A stretch of 64,000 nt of DNA from Mobula hypostoma (lineage: Eukaryota): NCBI RefSeq assembly GCF_963921235.1, contig NC_086097.1:252962001-253026000 (forward strand), given 5' to 3'. Below, piece by piece: positions 34,576 to 47,109 of the stretch. Numbering within the stretch: position 1 is the stretch's first letter; the number at the start of each line of letters is the position of its first letter. Below the pieces are notes generated by a model. It had not been told where the DNA came from. It ran no database searches and saw only the letters and a list, made by a program, of their open reading frames with translations. Both the position numbers and the translations under genes were made by a program.

Positions 34576-35059
34576 CTACAGATCTGTGCAGGTCGCCATG
34601 GTGGTAAGACACAGTACTGAAGATATAGGAAGGGGCCAGGGATGATCGCAAAGCAAATAGCTGCTGACAGACGTAATATGGAACAAAACACATCTAAATA
34701 TTATGAAGTCAGAAATCAGCTGGGGAATGCTGCTGAGATGTCAGCACACATCGGAAGGAGGGTCTTTTTTTGAACACTTGGGGGCTAGTTTTGCAATATC
34801 TGAAAAGAACAGCAATGTTAGACAATCAAAATATATTTACAAATTTCAATTTTTTTGAAGATTTGAAAATGGTCTCAAATGCATACCAAAGGAGAATTAC
34901 CAGTGCCTGAATTTGAATGATTCAGAAAGGATTCAAGTGATCTCAGAATCGGAATCAAGTTTATTATCACCGACGTGTGATGTGAAATTTAAACTCAGCA
35001 GCAGCAGTTCAATGCAATATACAATATAGAAGAGAGAAAATAAATAAATAACACTAGTT

Positions 35060-36475
35060 TCTTGATCAGTCAGGGTTTGGGGTTGAGTGGGATCCGCAAT
35101 CAGCCTTCATGAAATGGAGTAGACTAGATGGGCTGAATGGCCTAATTCTGCTCCTATGTCTTATGGTCGAGTCATGGGAGATTTCAAAATGCAGGTCGAT
35201 TGAGAAAAATCAGGATCTCAAGAGGGTGAGTTTATTGAATGCTTACAAGATGGATTTTGTAGAGCAGTTTATCGTTGAGCCTTCTGGGGGATCAGCTTTA
35301 CTGGATTGGGTGTTATGTAATGAACCAGAGACGTTAGGGAGCTTAAGGTAAAAGAACCCTTAGGAGACTGTGATCAAAATATGACTGAGTTCAATGTGAA
35401 AATTGATGGGGAGAAAGAAAAGTCTGACATAGCAGTATTTCAGTGGAGTAAAGGAGATTACAGTGGTAAGAGAGAGGAGCTGGCCAAAGTAAATTGGAAG
35501 GAGATGCCGGCAGGGATGACAGCAGAGCAGTAATGGCATGAGCTTCTGGGGAAAATGAGGAAGGTGCAGGATAGATGTATTCCAGAAATGAAGAAATATT
35601 CAAATGGCAAAATGTACAACAGTGGCTGACAAGGGAAGTCAAAGCTAACGTAAAAACGAAAGAGAAGGCATACTACAAAGGGAGAATTAACGGGAAGACA
35701 GAGGATTTGGAAGCTTTTAATAACCTACAGTGAGTAACTAAAATAATCATTAGGGAAAAGATGAAATATGAAAGCAAGCTAGCAAACAATATCAAAGTGG
35801 ATAGTTAACGCTTTTTCAAGCATGTATAAAATAAGAGATGAGAGTGAGTATAGCAGATATCAGATGGCAGATGAACTAAATGAGTACTTAACATCAGTCT
35901 TCACTGTGGAAGGCACTGGCAGTGTGCCAGATGTTGAAGGGTGTGAGGGAAGAGAAGTGAGTGCAGTTACTGTTACAAGGGAGAAGGTGCTCAAAAAGCT
36001 GAAAGACCTGAGGGTACATCAGGCAGCCGGACCAGATGAACTGCACCCTTGGGTTCTGAATGAGGTAGCAGTAGAGATTGTGGAGGAATCAGTAATAATC
36101 TTTCAAAAATCTTTGGACTCTGGCACCATGCCAGAGGACAGGAAAATTGCAAATGTCACTCCACTCTCTAAGAAAGGATTAAGGAAGCAGAAGGGAAATT
36201 ATAGGCCAATTGCCTGACCACCGTGATTGGGAAGATGTTGGAGTCAACTGTTAAGGATGAAGTTATGGAGTACTTGGTGACACAGGACAAGACAGGACAA
36301 CATCAGTATGGTTTCCTTAAGGGAAAATCTTACCTGACGAGCCTATTGGAATTCTTCGAGGAGATTACAAGTAGGACTGATAAAGGCAATGCAGTGGATG
36401 TTGTATATTTGGACTTAGAGAAGGTCTTTGATGAGGTGCCACACATGAGGCTGCTTACCAAGTTAAGAGCTCAGA
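35060..36475 (+). mobile_element. Decayed CR1 fragments
   Basis: SALLDWVLCNEP, GPDELHP, NYRP and VDVVYLD motifs. Confidence 0.85.
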
Positions 36476-36879
36476 ATTAGAATCAGAATCAGGTTTATTA
36501 TCACTGGCATGTGATGTGAAATTTGTAAACTTAGCAGCAGCAGTTCAATGTAATATAGAAGAGAAAAAAAATAAGTAAATCAATTACAGTATACATATAT
36601 TGAATAGATTAAAAACTGTGCAAAAAACAGAAATACTGTATATTAAATAAGTGAGGTAGTGTCCAAGGGTTCAATGTCCATTTAGGAATCGGATGGCAGA
36701 GGGAAATAGCTGTTCCTCACCATCTCCTTACAGTACAGGACAACTGAATGCCCACTGGGTTCCTGTTCACTCAGCCGGGTACACTATATCCTGATTTACC
36801 TATCATGTGCACATCGAAGCACGGGATGAAGTGTACCATTTGTGTTAGCAACCCATGGATGAGCTGGAATCGCCCGCAA

Positions 36880-37600
36880 GTGCAGGAGGCCATAGATCGA
36901 CATATGGGAATGGGAAGTGGAATTAAAATGGGTGGCCACTGGGAGATACCACTTTTTCTGAAACATTCAGGGCCCGAAACAGTCCTTACAGATGAGTCCG
37001 TTGGGGTTATATACTGTGATATACTGTGTTTGGTGCTCCTGGTGTGGCCTTCCGTATATCAGTGAGACCTGAAGTAGATTGGGAGACTGCTTCATTGAGC
37101 ACCTACACTCTAACCACCAAAAAAAGCAGGATCTCCCAGTGGATCTTCCACTTCCCATTCCAATATGTCCATCCACGGCCTCCTGCACTGTCGTGATGAC
37201 GACATACTCAGGGAGGAGGAACAACACCTTGTATTCCATTTGGGTAGCCTCCAAGCCGATGGCATGAACATTGATTTCTCAAACTTGTGGTGATGCCCAC
37301 ACCCCTTCACCATTTCCCATCCCCTTTTCCCTCTCTCACCTTATCCCTTTGCCCAGCCATTGCTTCCCTCTGGTGTTTCTCCCCCTTTTCTTTCATGGCC
37401 TTCTGTCTCTTTCACCAAACAACTTCCCAGCTCTTTACTTCATCCTCCCCTCCAGGTTTCACCTTTCACTTGGTGGTTCTCTCTTCTCTCCCCCTACCTT
37501 TCAAATCTACTCCTCAGCTTTTTCTCTCCAGTCCTGCTGAAGGTTTTTAGACCAAAACGTTGACTGTACTTTTTTCCATAGATGCTGCCTGGCTGCTGAG
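36880..37600 (+). mobile_element. Penelope-like element 3' part (GIY-YIG endonuclease remnant) with an inverted 5' segment
   Basis: GVIYC...CSWCGLPYISET*SRLGDCFIEHL matches the PLE GIY-YIG motif. 36880-36960 is the reverse complement of ~37117-37190. Degenerate hammerhead at 37529-37566. Confidence 0.8.
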
Positions 37601-37604
37601 TTTC

Positions 37605-39372
37605 AATAGACAATAGGTGCAGGAGTAGGCCATTCGGCCCTTCGAGCCAGCACTCCGATTCACTGTGATCATGGCTGATCATCCACAATCAGTACCCCAT
37701 TCCTACCTTCTCCCTATATCCATTGACTCCGCTATCATAAAGAGCTCTATCTAACTCTTTCTTGAAAGCATCCAGAGAATTGACCTCCACTGCCTTCTGA
37801 GGCAGAACATTCCACAGATCCACCACTCTCCAGGTGAAAACGTTTTTCCTCAACTCTGTTCTAAATAGCCTACCCCTTATACTTAAACTGTGGCCTCTGG
37901 CTCTGAACTCCCCCCAACATCAGGAACATGTTTCCTGCCTCTAGCGTGTCCAATCCCTTAATAAACTTGTATGTTTCAATCAGATCCCCTCTCAACCTTC
38001 TAAATTCCAGAGTATACAAGCCCAGTCACTCCAATCGTTCAACATATGACAGTCCCACCATCCTGGGAATTAACCTCGCGAACCTATGCTGCACTCCCTC
38101 AATAGCAAGAATATCCTTCCTCAAATTTGGAGACCAAAACTGTACACAATACTCCAGGTGTGGTCTCACCAGGGCACAGTACAACTGCAGAAGGACCTCT
38201 TTGCTCCTATACTCAACTCCCCTTGTTATGAAGGCCAGTGTGCCATTAGCTTTCTTCACTGCCTGCTGTACCTGCATGCTTACTTTCAGTGACTGATGAA
38301 CAAGGACACCTAGATCTCGTTGTACTTCCTTTTCCTAACTTGACACCATTCAAATAATAATCTGCCTTCCTGTTCTTGCCACCAAAGTGGATAACCTCAC
38401 ATTTATCCACATTAAACTGCATCTGCCATGCATCTGCCCACTCAACCAACCTGTCCAAGTCATCCTGCATTATCTCGCCATCCTCTGCACATTTCACACT
38501 GCCACTCAGCTTTGTGTCATCTGCAAATTTGCTAATGTTACTTTTAATCCCTTCATCTAAATCATTAATGTATATTGTAAATAGCTGCGGTCCCAGCACC
38601 GAGCCTTGCAGTACCCCAAGTCACCGCCTGCCATTCTGAAAGGGACCCATTAATCCCTACTCTTTGTTTCCTGTCTGCCAACCAATTTTCTATCCATGTC
38701 AGTACCCTACCCCCAATACCACGTGCTCTAATTTTGCCCACTAATCTCCTATGTGGGACCTTATCAAAGGCTTTCTGAAAGTCCAGGTACACTACCTCCA
38801 CTGGCTCTCCCTTGTCCATTTTCATAGTTACATCCTCAAAAAATTCCAGAAGATTAGTCGAGCACGATTTCCCCTTTATAAATCCATGCTGACTCGGTCC
38901 GATCCTGTTACCGCTATCCAAATGTGCCGCTATTTCATCTTTTATAATTGACTCCAGCATCTTCCCCACCACTGATGTCAGGCTAACTGGTCTATAATTC
39001 CCTGTTTTCCTCTCTACCTCCTTTCTTAAAAAGTGGGACAACATTAGCTACCCTCCAGTCCTCGGGAACTGATCCTGAATCTATAGAACATTGGAAAATA
39101 ATTACCAATGCATCCACGATTTCTAGAGCCACCTCCTTAAGTACTCTGGGGTACAGACCATCAGACCCTGGGGATTTGAGCCCTCAGTCCCATCAGTCTA
39201 TCCAACACCATTTTCTGCCTAATGTGAATCTCCTTCAGTCCCTCCGTTACCCGAGGTCCACTGGCCACTATTACATCTGGGAGATTGTTTGTGTCTTCCC
39301 TAGTGAAGTACCTGTTCAACTCGTCTGCCATTTCCATGTTCCCCATAATAAACTCACCCGCTTCTGTCTTCC
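37605..39372 (-). mobile_element. 5'-truncated CR1 LINE
   Basis: NYRPVSLTSVVGK, YLDFQKAFDKVPH, KFADDTK and RPHLEYC. Same subfamily as 11229-13504. Confidence 0.95.
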
Positions 39373-39484
39373 AGTATTTTGTGTGTGTTGCTCGAATTTC
39401 CAGCATTTGCAGACTTTCTCTTGTATGTAACATTCCCACAGTGTTCATCAGAATAACACAAGGAACACTAATAACAACAGTGAT

Positions 39485-40745
39485 GTTGCCCAGTAGTTAG
39501 TGCGATGCTATTACAGCTTGGGGCATCAGAGTTCAACAGTGGTGCACCTCGGGTGTGTGCTTAGCCCACTGCTCTACTCTCTGTATACCCATGACTGTGT
39601 GGCTTGGCATAGCTCAAATACCATCTATAAATTTGCTGATGATACAACCATCGTTGGTAGAATCTCAGGTGGTGACGAGAGGGCGTACAGGAGTGAGATA
39701 TGCCAACTAGTGGAGTGGTGTCGCAGCAACAACCTGGCACTCAACGTCAGTAAGATGAAAGAGCTGATTGTGGACTTCAGGAAGGATAAGACAAAGGAAC
39801 ACATACCAATCCTCAGACGGATCAGAAGTGGAGAGAGTAAGCAGCTTCAAGTTCCTGGGTGTCAAGATCTCTGAGGATCTAACCTGGTCCCAACATGTCA
39901 ATGTAGTTATAAAGAAGGCAAGACAGCGGCTAGACTTTATTAGGAGTTTGGAGAGATTTGGCATGTCAACAAATACACTCAAACTTCTATAGTTGTATGG
40001 TGGAGAGCATTCTGACAGGCTGCATCACTGTCTGGTATGGAGGGGCTACTGCACAGGACTGAAAGAAGCTGCAGAAGGTTGTAAATCTAGTCAGCTCCAT
40101 CTTGGGCTCTAGCCTACAAAGTACCCAGGACATCTTTAGAGACAGGTGTCTCAGAAAGGCAGCGTCCATTATTAAGGACCTCCAGCACCCAGGGCATGTC
40201 CTTTTCTCACTGTTACCATCAGGTAGGAGATACAGAAGCCTGAAGGCTCACACTCAGCGATTCAGGAACAGCTTCTTCCCCTCTGCCATCCAATTCCTAA
40301 ATGGACTTTGAAGCTTTGGACACTACCTCACTACTTTAATATACAGTATTTCTGTTTTTGCACATTTAAAAAAAAAATCTATTCAATATATGCAATTGAT
40401 TTACTTATTCATTATTGTGCTTTATTTATTATTTTTCTCTCTCTGCTGGATTATGTATTACATTGAACTGCTGCTGCTAAGTTAACAAATTTCATGTCAC
40501 ATGTGATAATAAACCCGATTGTGTAAGAAGTTTGTACGTTCATGCCCTGAGTGCAGGAGTTTCTTCTGGATGCTCCAGTTTCTTCCACGTTCCAAAGATG
40601 TACTAATTAATAGGTTAATTGGTCAGTCATTGTAAACTGTCCTGTCATTAGGCTGCTGGGTGTGTACCTGGGCAGCACGACTCAGTTGGCCAGAAGCACC
40701 TGTTCCCTCTATATATCCGAAAAGAAACAAAACAAAAAAAAAAAA
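39485..40745 (+). mobile_element. V-SINE (head 39485-39535, body 40520-40745) split by a LINE
   Basis: Head gtagttagtgcgatgctattacag...gagttcaa and body gtaagaagtttgtacgtt...gctccagtttc match 3362-3640. Confidence 0.65.
39536..40520 (+). mobile_element. 5'-truncated Rex/Babar-like LINE
   Basis: GCVLSPLLYSLYTHDC...YKFADDTT...WCRSNNLALNVSK...RRYRSLKAHTQRFRNSFFP. Confidence 0.9.
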
Positions 40746-40749
40746 ACAG

Positions 40750-41165
40750 GATTCACGACCCTCCGGATAAAAAAAAATCCTCCATCTCTGTTCTAAATGG
40801 ATACCCCTCTATTCTGAGGCTGTGCTGTCTGATCCTAGACTCCCCCACTGTAGGAAATATCCTCTCCCTATCGACTCTTAGCCAGGCCTTTAAATATTCG
40901 AAAGGTTTCAATGAGATCCCCCTCATTCTTCCAATCTTCAGTGAGTACAGCCCAAGAGCCATCAAATGCTCCCCACACATTAACCCTTATATTCCTGGAA
41001 TCATTCCTCTGAACATCCTTTGGACACTCCTCCATGCCAGTACATTTTTTATTAAATAAGGGTATACAAACTGCCACAATAATCCCAGTGCGGTCTGAAT
41101 AATGTCTTATATAGCCTCAGCATTACATCCTTGCTTTTGTGTTCAAATCTTCTCGAAATGAATAA
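40750..41165 (-). mobile_element. CR1 3' fragment
   Basis: LMALGLYSL...RVDRERIFPTVGESR. Confidence 0.8.
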
Positions 41166-41174
41166 AAAATGGAG

Positions 41175-44100
41175 TGCAGGGTAATGGAATTGGTAGAAAC
41201 GTACCTTATTCACAGCCACCAGCGTTGAGTTGGGTTCACTTTAAGTGGCTCGTCGGACGTCGTGACTTAAAGTACTTTTACTGCGCTTTGCATTCAGTGT
41301 TTGGAATACAATAAATAAGTTGCTACATTTTTTCTTAAGCACAAAACATCTCTTGCCATTTTATTTGTGAAAATCTACATTGGTGACCCTGATGCTCTAG
41401 GAAAATTCCAGAGTTATTGAACGTATCGGCAAACGCAGTCGCTTCGAAACTGCCAGAGTTTAGAAGTAAAACACTGTCACTTGGTTTGTACAATCCAACA
41501 TGCAATTCATACCGTGAGAAATCACCGCTGGCAACACCAGATTCTAAATTGTGGTGGTATCACTCAGCAAATCCACGGCTGCCAGAGTGGTGAGTCTACT
41601 AGAACACGAGCCTGAACACGATAAATACTGATTGCTAAAACTCACCCTTTCCAGACTTTTGGACTGTTGGAGTCTGAGCGAGCCAGACAGTCACTTTCCT
41701 ACCTGGCCTTGGCGACGCTGGGCCTTTGGAGCTGATGGTCCACAGGACCACATCCTGCCTCTCCTGGGAAATCACCATCCTTGATTTACTTTTAAAGAAC
41801 CTTTCATGCAGCAAATACCTGATCAAGTTTGCATAACCCTCGCTAATGAAGGACTGTAGGGAGCTTACTGAAATGGCTGATAGTCTGTTCCTCCTCCTTT
41901 CCCTCCTCAGTAAGCCCAGACAGCAAGGCCCCCAGCACAAGGATGCCCACAGCTGAGAAGCAGACAGTGCCAGGTCTGTGTTTTTACCACACTTGCTTTG
42001 GTACGAATGCTAGGAAGTGACGACGGCCTTGCAGCTTTGACAGTGCCAGTGCATCGGGACATAAGGGGTTTGTGAGCACCTTGGGTTCCAGCTGCCAAGG
42101 TCATCTGTTGTTAGTTACAGACACCCTTTCAGAGCAACGCTTCCTGTGTGACACGGGTGCTCAAGTGAGTGTGCTGCCAGCACTGTCTATTGATGAGAAG
42201 GCAACGAGTGACAAAACCTCACTGGCAGCACGATCCAGACTTACGGGACATGGTGGGTGACACTCTGCTTCAGTGGGCAATGTTACACATAGGTAACGTT
42301 GGCTAGACCTCTGCTCAGTGCAGATCTGCCTTGTGCCCGAAATCTTAACTGCCAGCTTGTAGATGTCAAGGACTTTGGGTTATTACACTGCTCCCCCATC
42401 ACGTTCCCCACAATGAGTCTATCAAGCACACGCACCACCACATGAGAGTCTACGGGTGATTCCCAGACCTCACCAAGCCCACATTCTCCACTACAGTCAC
42501 AAAACATGGGCTTGAGCAACACATTTCCACAGCTCGCCCGCCAACTCCGATGGTGCCTGCTGCCCACGTGGCAATTATTGACCTCATCACTCCCGCTTGT
42601 TACCCATTCCCACACATCCAAGACTTCTTAGCCCGTTTAGCCGGGAAGTTAATTTTTTCCAAAATCGATCTGGTTAGGTGCCTGTGCGCTCAGAGAACCT
42701 TCCCAACATGGCTGTGATAACCCGGTACAGTATGGCCTTTTCCGAGTTTCTGGGCATGCCGTTTGAGTGAAAAATGCAGCACAGACTTTCCAATAGCTGG
42801 TAGATACTGTATTAAAAGATTTAGATTTTCTTTTAGTTCATCTGGATGACAAACTTCTTGCCAGTGCACCCGAATCTGAACATGTATCTCAGCTCCACAC
42901 ACTTTTTGAGAGCTTAAACCAATGCGGGTAGATTATTAACCTTGCTAAACACTCGTATGGGTTATCAACCATTGACTTATTTGGCCATCACGTCTTCTCA
43001 GAAGGTACAAAACCCATCCCATCGAAAGTAAGCACTACTATCGATTTCCCACCACCCCGCACTTCTAGAAAACTATAAAAAGTTTTTGGGTATGGTGAAT
43101 TTTTATCACCGCTTCATTTGGCGTGCCACTGAGCTTCTGGTCCCCATGTATGGTGCTTTTAAAGGCAGTACCTGATCAGTGTTTGACTGGTCAGGGCATT
43201 TGATGATATCAAATGGCTCTTTCTAACGCGACCCTACTGCCACACCCTCTCTCCAACACACCCATAGCCATGTCGGACTGTGCTGCGGGTGCTGTGCACA
43301 AACAGTTGGTTGGAGGCATATGGCAGCCGTTCACCACCCTCTCTTGGCGACAGCTCCGTCCCCTAGTAAGGAAGTGCCAAGAGCTTCCCGGTCTCTATCT
43401 GGCTGTCCACCATTTTTGTTTACTTCTAGAGGGTCGCCATTTCATAGCATTTGTTAAACACAAGCTCCTCATGCACACAATGGCCAAAATATCAGACCCT
43501 TGGTCTGCACTGCAACAATGCCAAATGGACATAGAACATAGAACTCTACAGCACATTACAGGCCCTTCGGATCACAACGTTATGCCGACCATGTAACCTG
43601 CTCCAGAAACTGCCTAGGATTTCCCTACTGCATATCCCCCTATTTTTCTAAGCTCCATGTACCTATCTAAGAGTCTCTTAAAAGATCCTATCATATCTGC
43701 CTCTACTATCTTCACTGGCAGTGCATTCCATGCACACACCACTCTCTGTGTGAAAAATTAATCCCTGACGTCTCCTCTGTACCTATTTCCAAGCACCTTA
43801 AAACTGTGCCCCCTCGTGTTAGCCATTTCAGCCCTGGGAAAAAGCCTCTGACTATCCACACGATCAATGCCTCTCATCATCTTATACATCTCTATCAGGT
43901 CACCTCTCACCCTCCGTCCCACCAAGGAGAAAAGGCCAAGTTCACTCAACTGGAACATAAGACCCGATCTGGGTAGTTTGTCCGAGTTCCAGACAGGCTC
44001 ACAATGATGCTTTTGAGAATTCTGGGGGAGCCCGTGTAGGGTAATGTAATTGGTGGAAATGTACATAATTCACATCCACTGACATTGAGTTGGGGTTCAC

Positions 44101-44235
44101 ATGAAGAGGCTGGTTTGACATGCTGACATGATACTTTTACCGTGCTTTGTGTTCAGTGTTTGGAGTACAATAAATGAATTGTTACGGTTTTTCTTAAACA
44201 TAAAATTCCCCATGTCGTGTTGTTTGTTTCCTACA
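41175..44235 (+). mobile_element. Decayed Gypsy/Ty3 LTR retrotransposon with both LTRs (41175-41379, 44035-44235)
   Basis: TG...CA LTRs with 4-bp TSD GGAG. PBS TGGTGACCCTGATG (41381) and PPT GGGGGAG (~44024). gag KLPEF, protease FLCDTGAQVSVLP, RT FSKIDLVR/HLDD, RNase H remnant 43213-43525. Integrase core missing. Confidence 0.9.
43528..43950 (-). mobile_element. CR1 3' fragment nested in the Gypsy pol region
   Basis: LSELGLFSL...RGDLIEMYKMMRGIDRVDSQRLFP, with a TTCTATG tail. Confidence 0.9.
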
Positions 44236-44259
44236 GGAGTATTAGAAATGTCTGAAGCC

Positions 44260-44277
44260 AATTTGCATATGCAAATT
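44260..44277. promoter_or_regulatory. Perfect 18-bp palindrome of two abutting octamer motifs (putative POU-factor site)
   Basis: A-ATTTGCAT-ATGCAAAT-T. Confidence 0.4.
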
Positions 44278-44444
44278 ACAGACAATACACTTTGTAACAT
44301 ATTTGTTGATGGATATGTGAGGATGTATAGTGAAATTTTGTTTCCACTTGAAGGAGAAGGAATAGGTGACCGTGTGGAGGTGTGTGTCCAGTGGTGAAAG
44401 TGCTGTTCAGCTCTGGATCCACGTACTGTGAAGCATTCAGCGAA

Positions 44445-44805
44445 AGCAGGAAAGCAGTATCCATCGTCAGAGATCCCCACCACCCAGGCCATGCTGTCCC
44501 TCGCTGCTGCCATCGGGTAGAAGGTATAGGAGCCCCAGGACTCACACTACCAGGTTCAAGAGCAGTTACTACCCCTCAACCACTGGGCTCTTGAACAAAA
44601 GAGGGTAACCACACTCACTTAAGGACTCTTTTATCTTGTTATTTCATGCTTGTTATTTATTATATCTGCAGTTGCACAGTTTGCTGCCCATTGACCCTGT
44701 TTACAGTTCTATAGATTTGCTAAGTATGCCCGCAGAAGGAGAATCTCAGGGTTGTGCGTGGAGGCAAGTTTGTACCCTGAGAATACATTTTACTTTGAAC
44801 TTTGC
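44445..44805 (+). mobile_element. Rex/Babar-like LINE 3' end
   Basis: RKAVSIVRDPHHPGH and the shared 3' UTR ending tttactttgaacttt. Confidence 0.7.
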
Positions 44806-45847
44806 CTACTTCTTTGACTTTGAAAAGCGTCGTTTGCATTAAGGACCAACCCATCCGGCATCAGCTTAGCACGTTCACACTGCTCAGCAGAATAACACAG
44901 AACACAACAGCCGACAAAACATGTCCCCATTCCTCCCGCACAAGCAGATACTATACACAGTCGTCTAATTGCAAGACAAGCAGCCTTCTACATCCTTCAG
45001 CCTGCTGTGGACCCAGATTCAGATGCAGACGTGCAGACATAGGCCTTCGATGATTCCAGTGGGCTCACAGAGATTCACAGACCCTCGACTCTGGTCAATA
45101 GGCCTCAACTTCTGGACATACGAATCCACCCTCAGGTCTTGATCCTTAACATCGATTCAGGACCTGCCAACCAACGAACACTCGGCCTCAAACTCCAGAA
45201 GTCACCGTTGATGGGACCCGGAACACCAGGCCTTGAACTTGGACTCGCCGATGATGGGTACCTGAGCACTAGGCCTGGAAGTCCAGAATCACCGACTTGC
45301 AAACCCAGGGTAACTAGGCTTCAATCCACCTGCCTACATGGAGCTCCGACTCTGGAACCCTGGCATGTACATTTGGGCATAAGCTCAAATCCACTAGGAG
45401 TCTTGAATTCTAGTCCTGATTTAGTAACTTGCTTCCAGCAAATCTAAGATGATAGTTTGTGAGTCAGTAAAGAAGAATTTTCTTAAAAACATTTTGAAGT
45501 GTGGTAATTTATTTTAAAAGTTGCATGCTCACCATGCATGTTAAAAATATTATGTAGGTTTGGGAATTGAAAGAAAATGCTTGGAGTCTTGCTGGTGTGT
45601 TTTAGCGCGTATTTCTCCAAAAACATAGAACACCATGTCACTGAGTGCTTGCAGATGTGAAACTCAAGTCATGCAATGTAGAACTGCGGAGATACTTGGG
45701 TCAGGCTCGATGTCCAACACATTTAATGCTCTTTCATCAAGGTATCAGAATCAGGTTTAATATTCTGGCATTTGTCGTGAAATTTGTTGCTATGCAACAG
45801 TACAAAGCATAATGATAACAACTATAAATTACGATAAGTATATATAC

Positions 45848-46308
45848 TGTGCGATCGAGAATCTCCGGAGGGGAAGGCCCCAGATCCTCGGCTTTGCCTA
45901 TTGCTGGGGCCAGGGTCGAAGTGCTCAACAGAGATGGTGCTCGGTGTTGGAGAGCCGGTCGGAGGCTCGGAGTTTTCTGACGGACTCGGAGTCAGACTGT
46001 GGACGGATGCTGCCAGGATGCTGCATCGGCAAGTTGGCGGCACTGGAGGTTCACTGTCTGCGTGAGATGATGGGACTTTCGAGAGACTCTGAAACTTTTT
46101 ACCATGCCCATAGTCTGTTCTTTATCAAATTACAGTATTGATTTGCACTGTTGTAACTATATGTTATAATTATGTGGTTTTTGTCAGTTTTTCAGTCGGT
46201 TTGTCATGTGTTTCTATGATATCATTCTGGAGAAGCATTGTATCATTTCTTAATGCATGCATTACTAAATGACAATAAAAGAGGACTGTGTATCCTCATA
46301 ACCTAAAA
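45848..46308 (+). mobile_element. Family A element, 5'-truncated
   Basis: Aligns with 106-617, including the GAGGAC...TCCTCAT 3' hairpin. Confidence 0.8.
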
Positions 46309-46399
46309 AATCTTCTTCTTTTTCCCACTCAGGCCTATTACCTCTTCTTCTCAGAAGTAGATGTGCTCTGCTATCTTTGTTTTTGGTAATAGTTTCCTA

Positions 46400-46790
46400 T
46401 TCCTCACTCCAGCCTCTTGCCTCTTCTCCTCGGCTGCCTATCACGTGCTCCTCATGCCATTCCTCCTTCCCTTTCTCCCATGGTCGACTCTCCTCTCCTA
46501 CCAGGTTCCTCCTTCTTCAGCCCTTTATCTTTACCACCTATCACCTCCCAGCTTCTTAACTGACTTCTACCTGGTCTCAACTATGACCTTTTAGTCTGTC
46601 CTCCTTTCCCCTCCCCCTCCCCCCACCTTCTTATTCAAGAATCTTCCTCATTTCTTTCCAGTCCTGGCCTGAGACATAGACTATTTACTCCCCCTCAACC
46701 CCCGCAGAGCTGCTGCCTGACCTGCTGAGTTCCTCCAGCATTTTGTGTGTTACTCTGGATTTCCAGCATCTACAGAATCTCCTGTGCTTA
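46400..46790 (+). mobile_element. Penelope-like element 3' fragment (hammerhead deleted)
   Basis: Same pyrimidine tract and the gctgcctgacctgctgagttcctccagcattttgtgtgtt end. Confidence 0.65.
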
Positions 46791-47109
46791 TAATTAAGCA
46801 TGTATTTTTTCTCATGAATTATTTACATTGCTTTTATTCCCCCTCTCAGTAAAAATGATCATAAAAAAGCAATAATTTCCAACTGGTATTCAATAGCTGT
46901 CATTTTCCAAAAATGAGCAACATTCCCGAAGATTGTTTTGTGCTGTGAAGCCATAATGAACTCCAGAGGTAAACAGGCTTCACTTTCCTACAGACTCTGC
47001 AGTTTGTGGTTCCAATTTAAGGGCAAGAAATGATACTGTCAATTCTTGTCCAGCATTCCGTGAATCAGCCATACGTTGCAACAACATTCCTCTGTAAAGC
47101 CTTGATTTC

